Below are positions 1 to 12,356 of a stretch of DNA of 64,000 bases, piece after piece. Made by a program: the position numbers and the translations under genes. Each line of letters starts with the position of its first letter. The first letter of the stretch is position 1. Source of the stretch: Bacteroidota bacterium (GTDB lineage: Bacteria > Bacteroidota > Bacteroidia > AKYH767-A > 2013-40CM-41-45); NCBI GenBank assembly GCA_016721305.1, contig JADKIH010000002.1:1828-65827 (forward strand), in the 5' to 3' direction. The notes under the pieces were generated by a model that saw only the letters and a list, made by a program, of their open reading frames with translations, did no database searches and had not been told where the DNA came from.

Positions 1-1868
1 ATGATCGGCCACCGATTCGCTTTGCTCAGCCTGAAGAGCTGTGACACTGAATTCGCCACTCTGTGAGTACGCTTTGTCTCCGACTTTCACTGTTGCCTTG
101 TACTTGTAATCACCGGCCGGCATGTAACCTGCGTTGAGCGTATATGCTTTATCTGTCTTCGAAAATGTATACGGGAAATTCTTGTTCTTCGAATTCGTTA
201 TCGTCACAGCGACATCCGGTGTGTTGATGAGCTCAAAATTGTCGTTGTAAACTTCCGCATCGAAGTTTACTGTTTCATTTTCATCGAACGCCGATTTATT
301 CGTAATCCTGAAATGCGATTTGTTTTCGCGAACACTTAGATTCTGAACCGTTTTAATGCCCAGCTATTAAACACATCGAAATTTTCATTCGTGCTGTAGT
401 CGCTCAATCGCCACTTCCAGATTCCTTCACCACACAATACTCCGATTCGTTGAGTAGAATTCTGATTGAATGCCTGCAACGGTTGATCTGTCGACACACT
501 TCCGATTTGCTGCTGCAGCAATATCGCATTGTTCGCAGTCGAACGGAATTGTCCGAACGGAGTAAGCAAAGCCGGGAAGGTCGGTAAATTCTGGCTTGTA
601 GCCTGATCAATGGTGAAGAGCGAAAAATCGTTATTCACTTTCGCCTGCACCGAATTCGATTTATCAATATTTCCCGTAATTGAAATTCCGGTCTCCAGCT
701 TGTTGAACAATGAAGTGCTCACCTGAGTTCCCAGAATATACCAGACAGGAATGTTGGCAGTTTTGATTCGATCGATCAAATCCGTCATCGGATGTTGAGT
801 AGAGGGAATATTATGGAAGATGATCAGATTATTTTCATTCAGCGTTCCGACTTCCTGATCGGCTGTAATCACTTTCACCGAGTAATTCTGACTGCTTTCA
901 ATAGCCAGTTTCAAAGCTCCTAAATCGGGATGCGGTGCATTGCCGATCACTAAAATTTTCTGCTTGCTTTCTATCACTTCGACAAAAACATCGCGCTCGT
1001 TGTTGATCGTCGTCATTTCTCCTGAAATAGCAGAAAGTTGAATTTTGTAATGAATGATTCCGCCTTTCTTTGCATCGAGAATAACAGGCACGAGCTGATC
1101 AAATTTGTTTCCGGATATTTTTATCTCCTTCGAAAATACGAGTGAGGAATCTTGTCTTACGGTTAATATAGTCGTTGCCCCGCTCGACTGACGAGCATCG
1201 ACATGAACTTCTATTGGAAAGCTATTACCCAGATAAACCGTCTTATTGTAATTCAATCCTGAAATGAGCAAATCCTTTTGAACCGTAGTATCACCCAGAG
1301 CGATCGTGTACACAGGCACCTTACCGGCAGTTTCACGATAAAGCGGGCTGCTTCCGCGATTGTAAATTCCATCCGTCGCGATTACATAGGCACCGACATT
1401 GCGGTTTGCATAACGATTATCTGACTCATCGAAGAAGGATGAGAAATCAGTTTCTTTATCTGTAAATGAATAGTTGATTTCGTCTTTAACCTTATCACCC
1501 CAGCTCACCGGTTTCACATCATACTTTTCCTTCAGAGCCGACATCATTTTGTCGAGCGCTTGACGATAAGAAGTGCGGTACTGAGCCGAATCTTTATTTT
1601 GAACAATACTCTCCGAATTATCCTGAGCGATAATCAGCAATGGTTTTTCTTTCTCTCTCGTAAATGTTCGAATCAAAGGCGTCAACAGCAGCAAGCAAAG
1701 GAAGAATACCAAAGCCGACCGCAAGACAAAAAGCAAGCGACGAAGCCACCGGTGTACGCCATCAAACGAATGGTCGTTCCGATACAATACGAATCCCGCA
1801 GCCAATCCTGCAAGCAAGCAAACAAAAACCCACCACGTAGGTAATTCAGTCAGAAATTGGAAGTTCAT
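1..1868 (-). CDS. Large membrane-anchored protein with two N-terminal TM helices followed by a vWA-like segment ('LLIIAQDNSESI'). It runs past the window start and is broken by a -1 indel near 351-354
   Basis: Track ORF 336..1868 has two N-terminal TM helices. The reverse translation of 1..335 stays open in another frame (KTVQNLSVRENKSHFRITNK...GDYKYKATVKVGDK). One extra T in the run at 351-354 joins the two frames. Confidence 0.5.
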
Positions 1869-1884
1869 AGGTTGGTGGCGAAGG

Positions 1885-2330
1885 TAGTGAATTTGGTAGT
1901 AAGTAGTAAGTTGGAATTCGTAAGTAGTAAGTAGTAAGTTGTAAGTTGACTTATTGTTAGGACTGTAGTTTTCTAGTTTGAGTAGGCTTATATGGAATTG
2001 CCGACAGATAAGGCTAAATGGACATTAAAAGCAGAAAACGACTTTGAATAATAATTGTTTTATTCTTATCAATAGACAAGGAAACATCCTCATTATGTGC
2101 AGATTATCGTTAACAGGCCGCAAATTGAAGAGTCATATTTAATCTCGAGTGAACATCTACTTTCATGCTTGATTCAATTTTACTATCTGAATATCAAAAG
2201 AAGAATGCACAATTTATGAACATAGTGCTTTAACGCTTAATAAAACGACGGTGGCTAAATACCTCAAGTCAACTTACTACTTACAACTTACTACTTACTA
2301 CCAAATTACTACCAAATTCCTACCTTCGCC
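1885..2330. repeat. Inverted-repeat (MITE-like) element. Arms of about 70 bp built from GTAAGTW heptamers (1885-1952 and 2265-2330) flank a 310-bp AT-rich spacer
   Basis: Left arm cgaaggtagtgaatttggtagtaagtagtaagttg... and right arm ...cttactacttactaccaaattactaccaaattcctaccttcg are near-perfect reverse complements. The element ends about 8 bp upstream of rnpB. Confidence 0.55.
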
Positions 2331-2337
2331 CCATCGC

Positions 2338-2704
2338 TGGCGTTCTATCGCCTCTTTGCAAGACAAGGGGAGGAAAGTCCGGGCAACATAGCGCATCCTG
2401 CTTCCTAACGGGAAGGGTTCTCTTCGGAGAATACAGCAAGTGCCACAGAAAATAACTGCCGGCTTCGGTCGGTCAAGGTGAAAACGTGAGGTAAGAGCTC
2501 ACGGCAGCAGGTAGTAATGCAGGCTGCGGGTAAACCTCAGGAGTTGAAAAACCAAATAAGTCATGGATTAAGGGTTGCGCGCCCAAGTTCACCTGTGATG
2601 CCATGATGGGTAGGTTGATTGAGGTGACGTGCGAACGTCATCCCAGATAAATGATAGAAGTCTCTTCGGAGAAACAGAACCCGGCTTATAACCGGCGATA
2701 CGAA
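2338..2704 (+). ncRNA. rnpB: RNase P RNA, bacterial type A
   Basis: Universal P4 motif GGAGGAAAGTCCGGGC is present. Conserved GGTGAAAACGTGAGGTAAGAGCTCAC and ACAGAACCCGGCTTA blocks are present. A P1 helix pairs 2343-2352 with 2694-2704. Confidence 0.9.
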
Positions 2705-2707
2705 ATT

Positions 2708-2740
2708 CGCCTCTCGCTTTGCGGGGGGCGTTTTTTTTTA
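2708..2740 (+). terminator. Rho-independent terminator of rnpB
   Basis: GC-rich hairpin cgcctctcgctttgcggggggcg followed by T9. Confidence 0.6.
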
Positions 2741-2962
2741 TTGAAGATTGAATATTGAATAGTTTGAAGAAAGCAGATTTTAAACTCAAAACAACCAAAA
2801 TTGGGTTTAAAAAGCGTGCACAATCTTCAATTTTCAATCTTCAATCATCAATAGCAACCTTAACACAATTTAATATCATTTATTCCGCTTTTCGTTGCTT
2901 AACTCAAAGTGTTTACTGTACTTTTGCACCCGCAAATCGATTACAACTCAATTACCTGTTTT

Positions 2963-5361
2963 ATGCATCTTCGTTATCATCAGAATTTCGTAAAAAATTC
3001 TGCACTTTTCTTCGTTCTCCTACTGCTTTACTTTCCTTCTTTCGCCAAAAAAGCACTCACACCGTCAGCGGCTACGTTATCGAAAAAGCGACCGGTGAAT
3101 CACTTCTTGGGGCTAATGTGTATTTGAAAGAAAATCTGAAAGGAACCACCACAAATCAGTATGGCTTCTACTCTATCACTGTTCCTGATGGAGATTATAC
3201 TCTCGTCGTTGCGTATTTGGGATTCATTTCTCAGGAAGTACCGATTACTCTTAAGACGGTAGATATCACTAAGAGCTTTAGCCTTGAAAGCGCTTCTATC
3301 GAAACGAAGGAAGTAACTATCAATGGCGAAAAAGAAGATCGGAATGTTCAAAGCGCCGAAATGGGCCGACAAAAATTATCGGTGGAAAAAATCAAAACGC
3401 TTCCGGCCTTTTTAGGTGAAGTTGATATCCTCAAAACAATTCAATTACTTCCCGGCGTCTCTTCAGCCGGTGAAGGTAACAGCGGTTTCTATGTTCGAGG
3501 CGGTGGTCCTGATCAAAATCTGATTCTCCTCGACGAGGCCAATGTTTATAACGCAGCTCACCTCTTCGGCTTCTTTTCTGTCTTTAATGCTGATGCCGTA
3601 CAAAACATCACTCTCACCAAAGGCAATATGCCGGCAAATTACGGCGGACGTCTTTCGTCGGTGCTCGACATTCAAATGAAAGAAGGAAACAATCAGCGCT
3701 TCGGTGTACAGGGTGGAATCGGCTTCGTATCGTCACGACTCACAATCGAAGGCCCGATCAAAAAAGACACCAGCTCGTTTATCGTTTCTGCCCGCAGAAC
3801 GTTCATCGATCTTTTCATGGGAAAACCTTTCGTCAGCAGCTCATCGAATTTCAATGGGAACAAATACTACTTCTACGATTTGAATGCAAAGGTTAACTAC
3901 CGTTTGAGCGATAAAGATCGTCTCTTCCTGAGTGGTTACTTCGGACGTGATGTATTCCGTTTTAAAAGCTCAAACTCTGATTTTACCGTCAATATTCCGT
4001 GGGGAAATGCAACAGCAACGGCTCGCTGGAATCACCTATTCCACAATCAGCTTTTCCTGAACACGTCTCTGATCTTTACAAACTACGATTTCTCATTCGA
4101 AGGCGGACAGGAAGAATTCAGCTTCAAACTCTTTTCAGGAATAAAAGACTACAACGTTAAAACTGACTTCACTTGGTTGCCTAATACGCAGCACACAGTG
4201 AAGTTTGGAATGAATTACATCTATCACGTCTTCATACCCAATAATGCCAGCGCACGCAGCGGTGATGTGAATTTCAATCTGGGTGATATCGTTCGTCAGT
4301 ATGCTCACGATGGCGCTGTTTATTTGAACGACAATTTTGAAATCAACGATAAATGGTTGCTCGATGGCGGCGTTCGTCTAACCTTATTCGATCAGGTTGG
4401 TCCGTTCGATCGATTTGTAAACGATCCGATCACCAACACTCCTACCGATACAATTCACTACGATGCCGGTCAAAGCGTGAAAGCTTACTTTCATGTGGAG
4501 CCTCGTTTTGCTGCCAGATATTCCATCAATCACGTTTCTTCTTTGAAGGCTTCTTACTCGCAGAACTATCAATACATTCACCTTGCTTCTTTGTCAGGAA
4601 TTTCTTTGCCTACAGATACCTGGGTACCTTCGTCTGATCGTGTTAAGCCTCAATTCGGAACTCAATACGCTCTGGGCTATTTCCGCAATTTGAAAATGAA
4701 TATGTACGAAACTTCAGTCGAGGTTTATTACAAAGAGATGAAAGACCAGATTGAATACCAGGAAGGTTTTCTTCCGGAAAATCAGGTCAACGGTAATCTC
4801 GACAACTTCTTCGTATTCGGAAAAGGTTGGAGCTATGGAGCAGAATTCTTTTTCAAGAAAGCAAAAGGCGATCTCACCGGCTGGGTGGGTTACACAATAG
4901 CCTGGACTAAACGTCAATTTGCTGATTTGAATCTTGGAAATACTTTTTATCCGAAATATGATCGTCGACACGATATCTCCGTTGTATTAACATACGATCT
5001 CAACGCACGATGGACATTCGGGGCAACATGGGTTTATGCCACGGGAAATCTCAACACCTTCCCTGAACGAATTTATCTGATGAGTAACGGTGATATCGTT
5101 GAAGATTACGGTGGACAAAGAAACAATTACCGTCTGCCAGCTTATCATCGAATGGACGTTAGCGCGACATACAAAATCAAAAAACACAAACGATTCGAAT
5201 CAAGCTGGAATTTCAGCATATTTAATGTGTACAATCGTTACAATCCATACATCATTTACTTCGACACAGCCTATGACCCGAACGGAAAGATCACGATTCA
5301 GGCTAAGCAAATTTCTCTTTTCCCTTTGATCCCAAGTGTCACTTACAATTTCAAATTCTAG
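2963..5361 (+). CDS. TonB-dependent outer-membrane receptor with a carboxypeptidase-D regulatory-like N-terminal domain and a plug. It carries a -1 frame break in the A6 run at 3047-3052
   Basis: A Sec signal peptide (MHLRYHQNFVKNSALFFVLLLLYFPSFA, ATG 2963) lies in one frame. The mature protein (KSTHTVSGYVIEKATGE..., plug, C-terminal aromatic TYNFKF) lies in the frame of track ORF 2755..5361. Reading A7 instead of A6 joins them. Confidence 0.8.
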
Positions 5362-5363
5362 TC

Positions 5364-6260
5364 ATGAAAAAGAACGTCCTCAAGTATATTCTCACTTTCG
5401 CTGCAATCACTGCACTGTTTACTGCTTGCGAAAAAAACGTGACAGTCGAAGTTCCGGAAGCCAAGCCATTGATTGTGGTCGAAGGTGTCATTGAAACCGG
5501 TCAACATCCTCTGATTCTCCTTACTTCCTCCCTGCCTTTCTTTGGCGAAATCAGCACAAGCCAGATTTTAGCGAATTCGATTCAGGGAGCAACCGTCGTC
5601 ATTAACGACGGAACCATCTCTGACACGCTACAGCAAATTCCGGGATTTGGCGTATACACTTCTACGATTATAACAGGGGAAGTCGGAAAAACATATAAGC
5701 TTACCGTTACTGCTAACGGGCAAACTGTTACTTCATCAACATCGATCCTTCCGGCAATTCCGCTCGATAGTTTGTGGTTCAAAGTCGATGGCAACAAAGA
5801 CTCCTTAGGCTTCGCCTGGGCCCATCTTACCGATCCGGACACCTTGGGGAACTGTTACCGTTGGGTCGCTCAACGGATCAACCATTATACATATGGACCT
5901 GATTCCGGAAAGATAAAAGACTCTACCTTCATTTCACCCGTTGGTGGCTCTGTTTTCGAAGATCGTTACATCAATGGGCGTAGCTTCGACATTTCTTTCC
6001 CTCGCGGAGCCTTTTCTTTTTCGACAAAAGAGGATGATGAAAACGAAGAGAAATTTCACTTTAAAAAGGGTGACACCATTGTCGTCAAATTTTCTGCAAT
6101 CGACCGGGGCTGTTTCGACTTCTGGAGAACGGAAGAATCTCAAGTTTCGAGCAATGGAAATCCGTTTGGCTCTCCACAGCCGGTACACTCCAATATCACC
6201 GGAGGATTAGGTGTTTGGGGAGGGTATTCGCCATCATTCGACACTATCATCGCTCAATAA
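5364..6260 (+). CDS. DUF4249-family lipoprotein, the usual partner of this TonB-receptor subtype
   Basis: Lipoprotein signal MKKNVLKYILTFAAITALFTAC. It starts 3 nt after the receptor stop. This receptor/DUF4249 pairing is conserved in Bacteroidota. Confidence 0.55.
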   Translation: MKKNVLKYILTFAAITALFTACEKNVTVEVPEAKPLIVVEGVIETGQHPLILLTSSLPFFGEISTSQILANSIQGATVVINDGTISDTLQQIPGFGVYTSTIITGEVGKTYKLTVTANGQTVTSSTSILPAIPLDSLWFKVDGNKDSLGFAWAHLTDPDTLGNCYRWVAQRINHYTYGPDSGKIKDSTFISPVGGSVFEDRYINGRSFDISFPRGAFSFSTKEDDENEEKFHFKKGDTIVVKFSAIDRGCFDFWRTEESQVSSNGNPFGSPQPVHSNITGGLGVWGGYSPSFDTIIAQ

Positions 6261-6480
6261 TTCCCATCGTCGACCTTATTGAAGAACCCTGTTTTCGGTA
6301 TTTTTTACCGCTAACAGGGTTCTTCAGTTTTGTCAATCGTCCATTGACCAAAAAGGTGTTGTGTAATTCATCGGCATTATTTATTTTGTGGGTATATCGA
6401 TACAAAAAATAACTCAAAGCGGTTGAATCTTGACAGAGCAAAGCATTTGAGCAATTTATTTTCCCAAATCACACACACCG

Positions 6481-8087
6481 ATGAAGTCAACACTACTTAC
6501 GCTTTGCCTCTTTTTTGCTCTCTCCTTTTCTTCAAAGGCGACAAATGTTCTCATTACAGAAAACACGCTTTACGTGTGCGATACGATATGGAAACATGTG
6601 GCAAACGGAATGGGAATGAACTCTATTATTCAATCCGATACATTTCTCGACAATACTTATTTTCTTACTCATGCCGATGTCGTCATCATTGCTACCTACA
6701 ATGTTAATTATACTCCTACTCGAGTAAATAACATCAAGCAATTTCTCGCCAGCGGAAAAAGTGTTTACCTGCAAACGGAATACGATTGTACTAACTTCCC
6801 CAGCGATGCAATCTACGAAGACATTGTCAATTCCCTTGGTGGCTCCTTCACTAGAGGAGGTACGATTTCCGGCATGTTAAACGTTAACGTGCTTGGCAAT
6901 ATGGCTACAACTCCCAACACCGTGACTCAAATTACCGATTTCTGGTACGGTTGCCAGGGAATTGCCTCATGTACCAATATGGATGCCTTTCTTGAACTTT
7001 CAGGAAATTATTTCGGATTTACTTTTGTCCTCCTATCAATGGCTACGGTCGCCTGATGACAACAACAGATCAGGACTGGGTTCGCAGTGGACTAACTATG
7101 CCGTTGATTGGAAATATGCTTAATTTGTTAGCTTCTCCTCCTTCAAATTGCGGACTTCCACAAACATCTTTGAATCTGGGTAACGACACGACTCTTTGTA
7201 GCGGACAATTCATCATGCTTGGAAATGGAATTACAGGGAACAGCTATCAATGGTCGACAGGACAAACTTCGAATGTTATTCTGGTGAATTCGCCAGGTAC
7301 TTATTGGCTTTCTGTCAGCAATTCAGGTTGCACACAGAGTGATACAATCACGGTGAATTTCTCGAATTGCAATTACCCCACATCGTCTTTCTCTGCATCT
7401 GTCTTGGACATCTGTACGGAGAATTGTACCGACTTTAGCGATCAGTCATCCAATAACCCAACGAGTTGGGCATGGTCATTCCCCGGCGGAAATCCAACAT
7501 CATCTACTGTTCAAAATCCCACACACATTTGCTATACTGTTCCCGGAGTGTACCCTGTAACACTAATCAGCACCAATGCATCCGGATCGGATACACTAAC
7601 GATGGATTCACTTATCACCGTGTATCTGGTTCCACCTCAACCAACGGTCACCGTTCACGGAGATACGCTTGTCACTACCGGCGGAGCTTCGTATCAATGG
7701 TTTTTCAATAACCAACAAATCTTAGGCGCAACGGATTCATTCTACGTTGCCACTCAACAAGGATCTTACTCAGTTGAAATCGCCGACATTGCAGGTTGTA
7801 TTAATACGTCCACAGATGTAATCATGTCTGTCGATGAAGCCGGCTTCGCTTCTTCTATCCTCCTTTTCCCTAATCCTTCCAATGGAGAACTCAACATAAA
7901 AGGCTTACCTGCAAATGCAGAAAAAATTGAAGTCTTCGATGCCATCGGAAAGCTCGTTGACTCATTCACCTTAACTTCAAGCGAACTCAACGTTCCGACA
8001 AATCACTACGAAGAAGGAGTTTACTTTGTACGAATTCTATCGGGATCAAATTCGTATTCGAAGAGGTTTACGGTTTTGCATCAGTAA
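6481..8087 (+). CDS. Secreted T9SS cargo protein with signal peptide, Cys-containing Ig-like repeats, a PKD domain and a T9SS C-terminal sorting domain. It is split by a frame break near 6996-7053
   Basis: ORF 6481..7056 has a signal peptide but no sorting domain. ORF 7056..8087 has a PKD domain and a Por-type C-terminal domain but no signal peptide. The second frame is already open from 6996. The two ORFs overlap by 1 nt. Confidence 0.55.
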
Positions 8088-8349
8088 AGTATCAATCTTA
8101 TACTTAGGCGATGAATTATGCTTGAATCGTTTAGATTTCGTGAATTGTGAAATGAAAAAGATTTTACCAAATGGTTTGCGGCGAAAACGGAAGTAGTTTG
8201 TTGTGGGGGGCCGTCCACGTGCGTGTGGCCTTCATCTCGGTGGTGAATCGAAGAAAGTAAAATAATCAAGTTTCAAATGTTGATCCGGAGAAAGATGTTA
8301 CAATAAGTAAGGAGAGATGGAGGCTGCGCGTGGTCGCCTTTTTCTTTGT

Positions 8350-8390
8350 TTCTTTCTTTTTGTTCGCTTCAGCGAAAAAAAGAAAGAAAA
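8350..8390 (-). terminator. Hairpin downstream of the cytochrome c peroxidase gene
   Basis: Inverted repeat tttctttcttttt...aaaaagaaagaaa placed 3' of the minus-strand stop. There is no clean U-tract. Confidence 0.3.
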
Positions 8391-8446
8391 ATCATCGACC
8401 AGTAATATGCGTACTTCTTCAGTTAGTTCAGTGCCGGAATCGTTAA

Positions 8447-10244
8447 CTAATATTGCCCACCCACCACTCTTTCATTAAGTGGATTTCCATCTTGAAACCT
8501 TGGCAACTTATTTGGCACAGAAGTAATATCCACCGTATCCGTCAAACTTTGCAAAAACGATATCAACTCAAATTTCTCTGTTGAAGTAAGATGCAATGAA
8601 TCTTCCGACAAAGTTTGAAACGGCACGTCGTATCCTAATCCTATACCTCCTCCGTCGTTGTAAAACTCAATGACTTCATCAAGTGTCCTGAACACGCCAT
8701 TGTGCATGTACGGACCTGTGATGGCCACATTACGCAAAGTCGGTGTTTTAAATGCATGTCGGAAAATATCGACGCCAATAACATTGTAACGTCCTAAATC
8801 GTCGTCCAACTCGCGTGGATTCGTAAGCTTAGCCGATGGTGTGCCGACGATCTCCCATTCTGTTTCCACATACTCCGGCGGCACAGCGCTATTGAAGAGC
8901 GGAATGAAATGGCAGGAAGCACAAGCGGCTTTTCCCATATACAAATTAAAGCCATTGATTTCATCCTGATTCATCACAAACTCCCGACCGCTAATCGTCT
9001 TATCGAACCGCGAATTCATTCCGATCAGTGTTCGCTCGTATTCCGCGATGGCTTGCAAAATAGATCTGTTCGTTATTTGTGTATCCTCCGTTCCGAAATA
9101 AGCTTCGCGAAAAAGCTTCTTATACTCTTCCGAATTCTTGAGCTTTACGGCTACGGCGGAGAAATCGTTATGCATTTCGAGCGGATTGCTCATCACCTGT
9201 CCGGCCTGATCTTCGAATGTAAATGATCGTCCGTCGTGAAATAATTTTCGTTGTAAAACAGAATTCACCAGCGTTGGTGCATTGCGCTTCAAAAATTTTC
9301 CGGGCTCGAACGACTGGCTCAATGGTAAACCATCGGTAAATGCCTTCCCAGGCTGGTGGCACGACGAGCACGCACGGAGATTGTTCGCCGATAAAGCAGG
9401 ATCGAAAAACAAAACCTGTCCAAGCTCCGCTACGGCACGATCATTCCGATTAGTCTTTCCGGGAACAAAATAATGCGAGTTAAACGCATGCGCATCGAAG
9501 ATCGAGCGTACCTGAAGATTGATGGCCATCAAACCATAATCGTTCGACTCCTTTACAACAGAATTTCGGGTATAACCTAACTGTCCGCTAAGCTCGTTAT
9601 AATACTGCGTATAGTATTCGAAGTAATTTGCATCACCTTTCACATTGCGCAGATAAGCAACGGAACGATCGAGCAAACGATAAATATCGTTTAGCTGCAT
9701 AAGCGCATCGCCTTCCGGATTCGGATACATGGCCAGCAGCATATCTTTCATCCCCTGCAGAACGGCCGCCGATTCTCTCACACCATTCTTGCTATCCGGC
9801 GTTTCTGCATTGGCAAAGCCCAGCATAAACTGACGAATGAGCTCGTATTGAAAAGCCTCCCAGATATGATTTTCCCGCATCTCCAGATTACCGAATGACT
9901 CAGGCATCCGATCTACAAGGAGAAAAACATTATCGACTACATTTTTTAATACCTTCCGCTTAAACTCCAGACTGTCGCCATACAAAATCTGCTCTGCATA
10001 TTGTAAACCTTCCAAAGGCACAAGCGGCGTTATCTCATCGTCTTCCTCAATCGAAGGCACGGCAGCACGGTTAATCCTGCGCGCATTCCCCCCACTGCAG
10101 CCGCAAAGAATCACTCTCCACCGCAAGCGCAAACTTCAATCCTACCACAGGCCTACTCTCATCCGCCGGTCGAAAAGCCATGACAGCAAGCACAACAACC
10201 CAAACGATTAATACAAAAGGAATACTTTTCTTAAGTCTACTCAT
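8447..10244 (-). CDS. Di-haem cytochrome c peroxidase (CCP/MauG family) with an N-terminal extension. It is broken by a +1 indel in the C6/G6 run at 10088-10093
   Basis: Two CxxCH motifs (CSSCHQPG, CASCHFIP) are present. A signal peptide MSRLKKSIPFVLIVWVVVLAVMA (ATG 10244) is in the adjacent frame. G5 instead of G6 fuses it to track ORF 8447..10132. Confidence 0.8.
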
Positions 10245-11911
10245 CTTACACCATCATTGCTTTGCGTCGTTTCTTCACATTTTCGACGGCAGTTTTGTGA
10301 TTGTAAGATACGCCTTTTATTTTGGCCATAAACCACTCTTCGAAGATGATGAGTTCGGGGGAGTTGGGTTTCCAGGAAAACTTGAACACAACTTTGCAAT
10401 GTGGCTATCAACAACACTTGAAGACTTTTTAAAGTCGAAACTATTTCTAACTAAAATAGACAAAATTCGATAAATCACCTTCAACCTTAGCAACTCCTTT
10501 TCATCCAATTTATAATTTTCGATTTGCTTTCTTAACGATTCTATTTGACTCTCCGCTTGTAACAATCTATCCTGTTCACATACAGTAAAATTAAAGTAAA
10601 TTTTAAATATAAATTTTCCAAACTTTTGAAGAAACTTATTCAGTTCATATAGCAACTTATTGGCTTTTGAAAACTCCTTCATCAGAAACTAATAAACCGA
10701 ATTATAATAGGCGATTTTTCTCCTTTGGGTTTCATTCAGAGAATTAGCTTTAGGTAACAATTTCGTTAGATAACCTTTCGCAAATCTTGATGTGCTCCTA
10801 CGCAAATTGAATTCAAAAAAACAATTCATAAATCAGAAATGTTTATAGTATTTTTCGACCTAAGTGCTAGTGAATCATTTAAAAAATTAATAGAAGATTA
10901 AAACCGAAATAAACTTTTAATTCCATATTAGCAAAGTTCAAATAGCACATTAGCATATCATTTCTTGTTGAGCTTACTTTGACAAGAAATCAAATATCTA
11001 TAAAGTTTTAAAAATCGCTCTCGCTTTTATCTTCAACTTGATTATTAAATGACAAACTCAAAGAACTTTAAGATAAAATATTAATTTTCAATCTTGTTGG
11101 AAGGTAGCTAGATAAGATTTCTCAATCCTGACTAAAACATTTTCAATCTCTCGACATATAAACCCGATTTTGAGCCTAGAAGCTGAAAACTGAATACTTT
11201 CTCAATAAAACTCAGTCTTATTTATTGCAGTATAATAATACAAATTTTCTTTGATCAAGAACCCTCCTGAAATCTCTCCAACTTTGATCGCAATGACAGT
11301 TTTGCTCAACTTTTATTTAAAGCAATCAATAAATATTCGTAAAACTCAAAACTTAAACACTTTTTAATTACCTTATCCAGAATGAACATTCCGCTTTCAT
11401 AATTACCATGAATAGAAAGAACATCAGCCTGAGTTAAACTTTTTCTAATCAGTAAAAATCCTTTGATCGGTCATCATATATATCACTCTTAAGAATGGAA
11501 TGCTTTTCGACTAATATATCAAAATCTTATCAAAAGTCTTTGAAAAAGCCGCTTTGATGCAGCAACTGAAATTTTCCCATAAATCACATTTGAAACCTTG
11601 AGCTGCAGATATTTCGTTATCCTTATCAATTAGCAAAACAACCTTTTTAGATTGGCTACCAACGCCACTTTTAATATTTAAACCCTTAAAACCTCTTTCT
11701 TTTTCACGTTGAGTTAAACTTACAACAAGTGTACTTAGCTTTTCAAACTCATTCATATCTATTTTGACTTAGCGGTTATTCTAAATATTATTTTAAACTT
11801 AATAAAATAAGTTTAATTATACAAATTTCAACGTCCAAATTTCTGCACTTTTTCCATTAGTCTCGAAAGAACTCACCTTACATTTGACTACCAATATTCT
11901 AAAACCACATA

Positions 11912-12136
11912 ATGAGATTCTCAAACAAGTCCAAAAACGAAAAACTATTTGACATAGGAAGCACATTCCGGCAACTTAGACTACGAAAAGGTTTTAAATC
12001 AGCCGAATTATTTAGCTATGAACATGAATTAAATAGAACAGCATATTGGAGATGGGAAAATGGAGAAAATATCACAATGAAGAACTTTCTAAAGCTATGC
12101 GATATTCATAAAATTACTCCTACAGACATTTTTTAA
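11912..12136 (+). CDS. XRE-family helix-turn-helix transcriptional regulator (Cro/CI type)
   Basis: LRLRKGFKSAELFSYEHELNRTAYWRWENGENITMKNFLKLCDIHKITPTDIF matches the HTH_XRE pattern. It lies inside the AT-rich block. Confidence 0.5.
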   Translation: MRFSNKSKNEKLFDIGSTFRQLRLRKGFKSAELFSYEHELNRTAYWRWENGENITMKNFLKLCDIHKITPTDIF

Positions 12137-12356
12137 TGATTGACAAAAGAAAACTGGGATCAAAAACAGTGAACTACTAAACGAACCAGGAAGTGTTTTT
12201 AAAAAAAAAAGAAAAGAACCTAACATTTACTTAAAAACCATGCATCAAATCGAACTAATTCTGGCGACTTCAGTCTCCAACCATAAACAAGATCGCTTTG
12301 ATCTTGTAATTTAAAATTGCTTACCTCTCTTCTCAAGGACAGTTTCAAAATCACAA

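Noticed and set aside
2755-2962. N-terminal 70 residues of track ORF 2755..5361 (TTG start immediately after the rnpB terminator)
   Set aside because: There is no signal peptide or conserved sequence, and a bona fide signal peptide exists in the adjacent frame from ATG 2963. The upstream extension is a frame artefact.
10180-10682. ORFs 10180..10473(+) and 10317..10682(-) at the edge of the AT-rich block
   Set aside because: They overlap each other on opposite strands and overlap the cytochrome c peroxidase signal-peptide region. Composition-driven ORFs in AT-rich DNA cannot be supported without homology.
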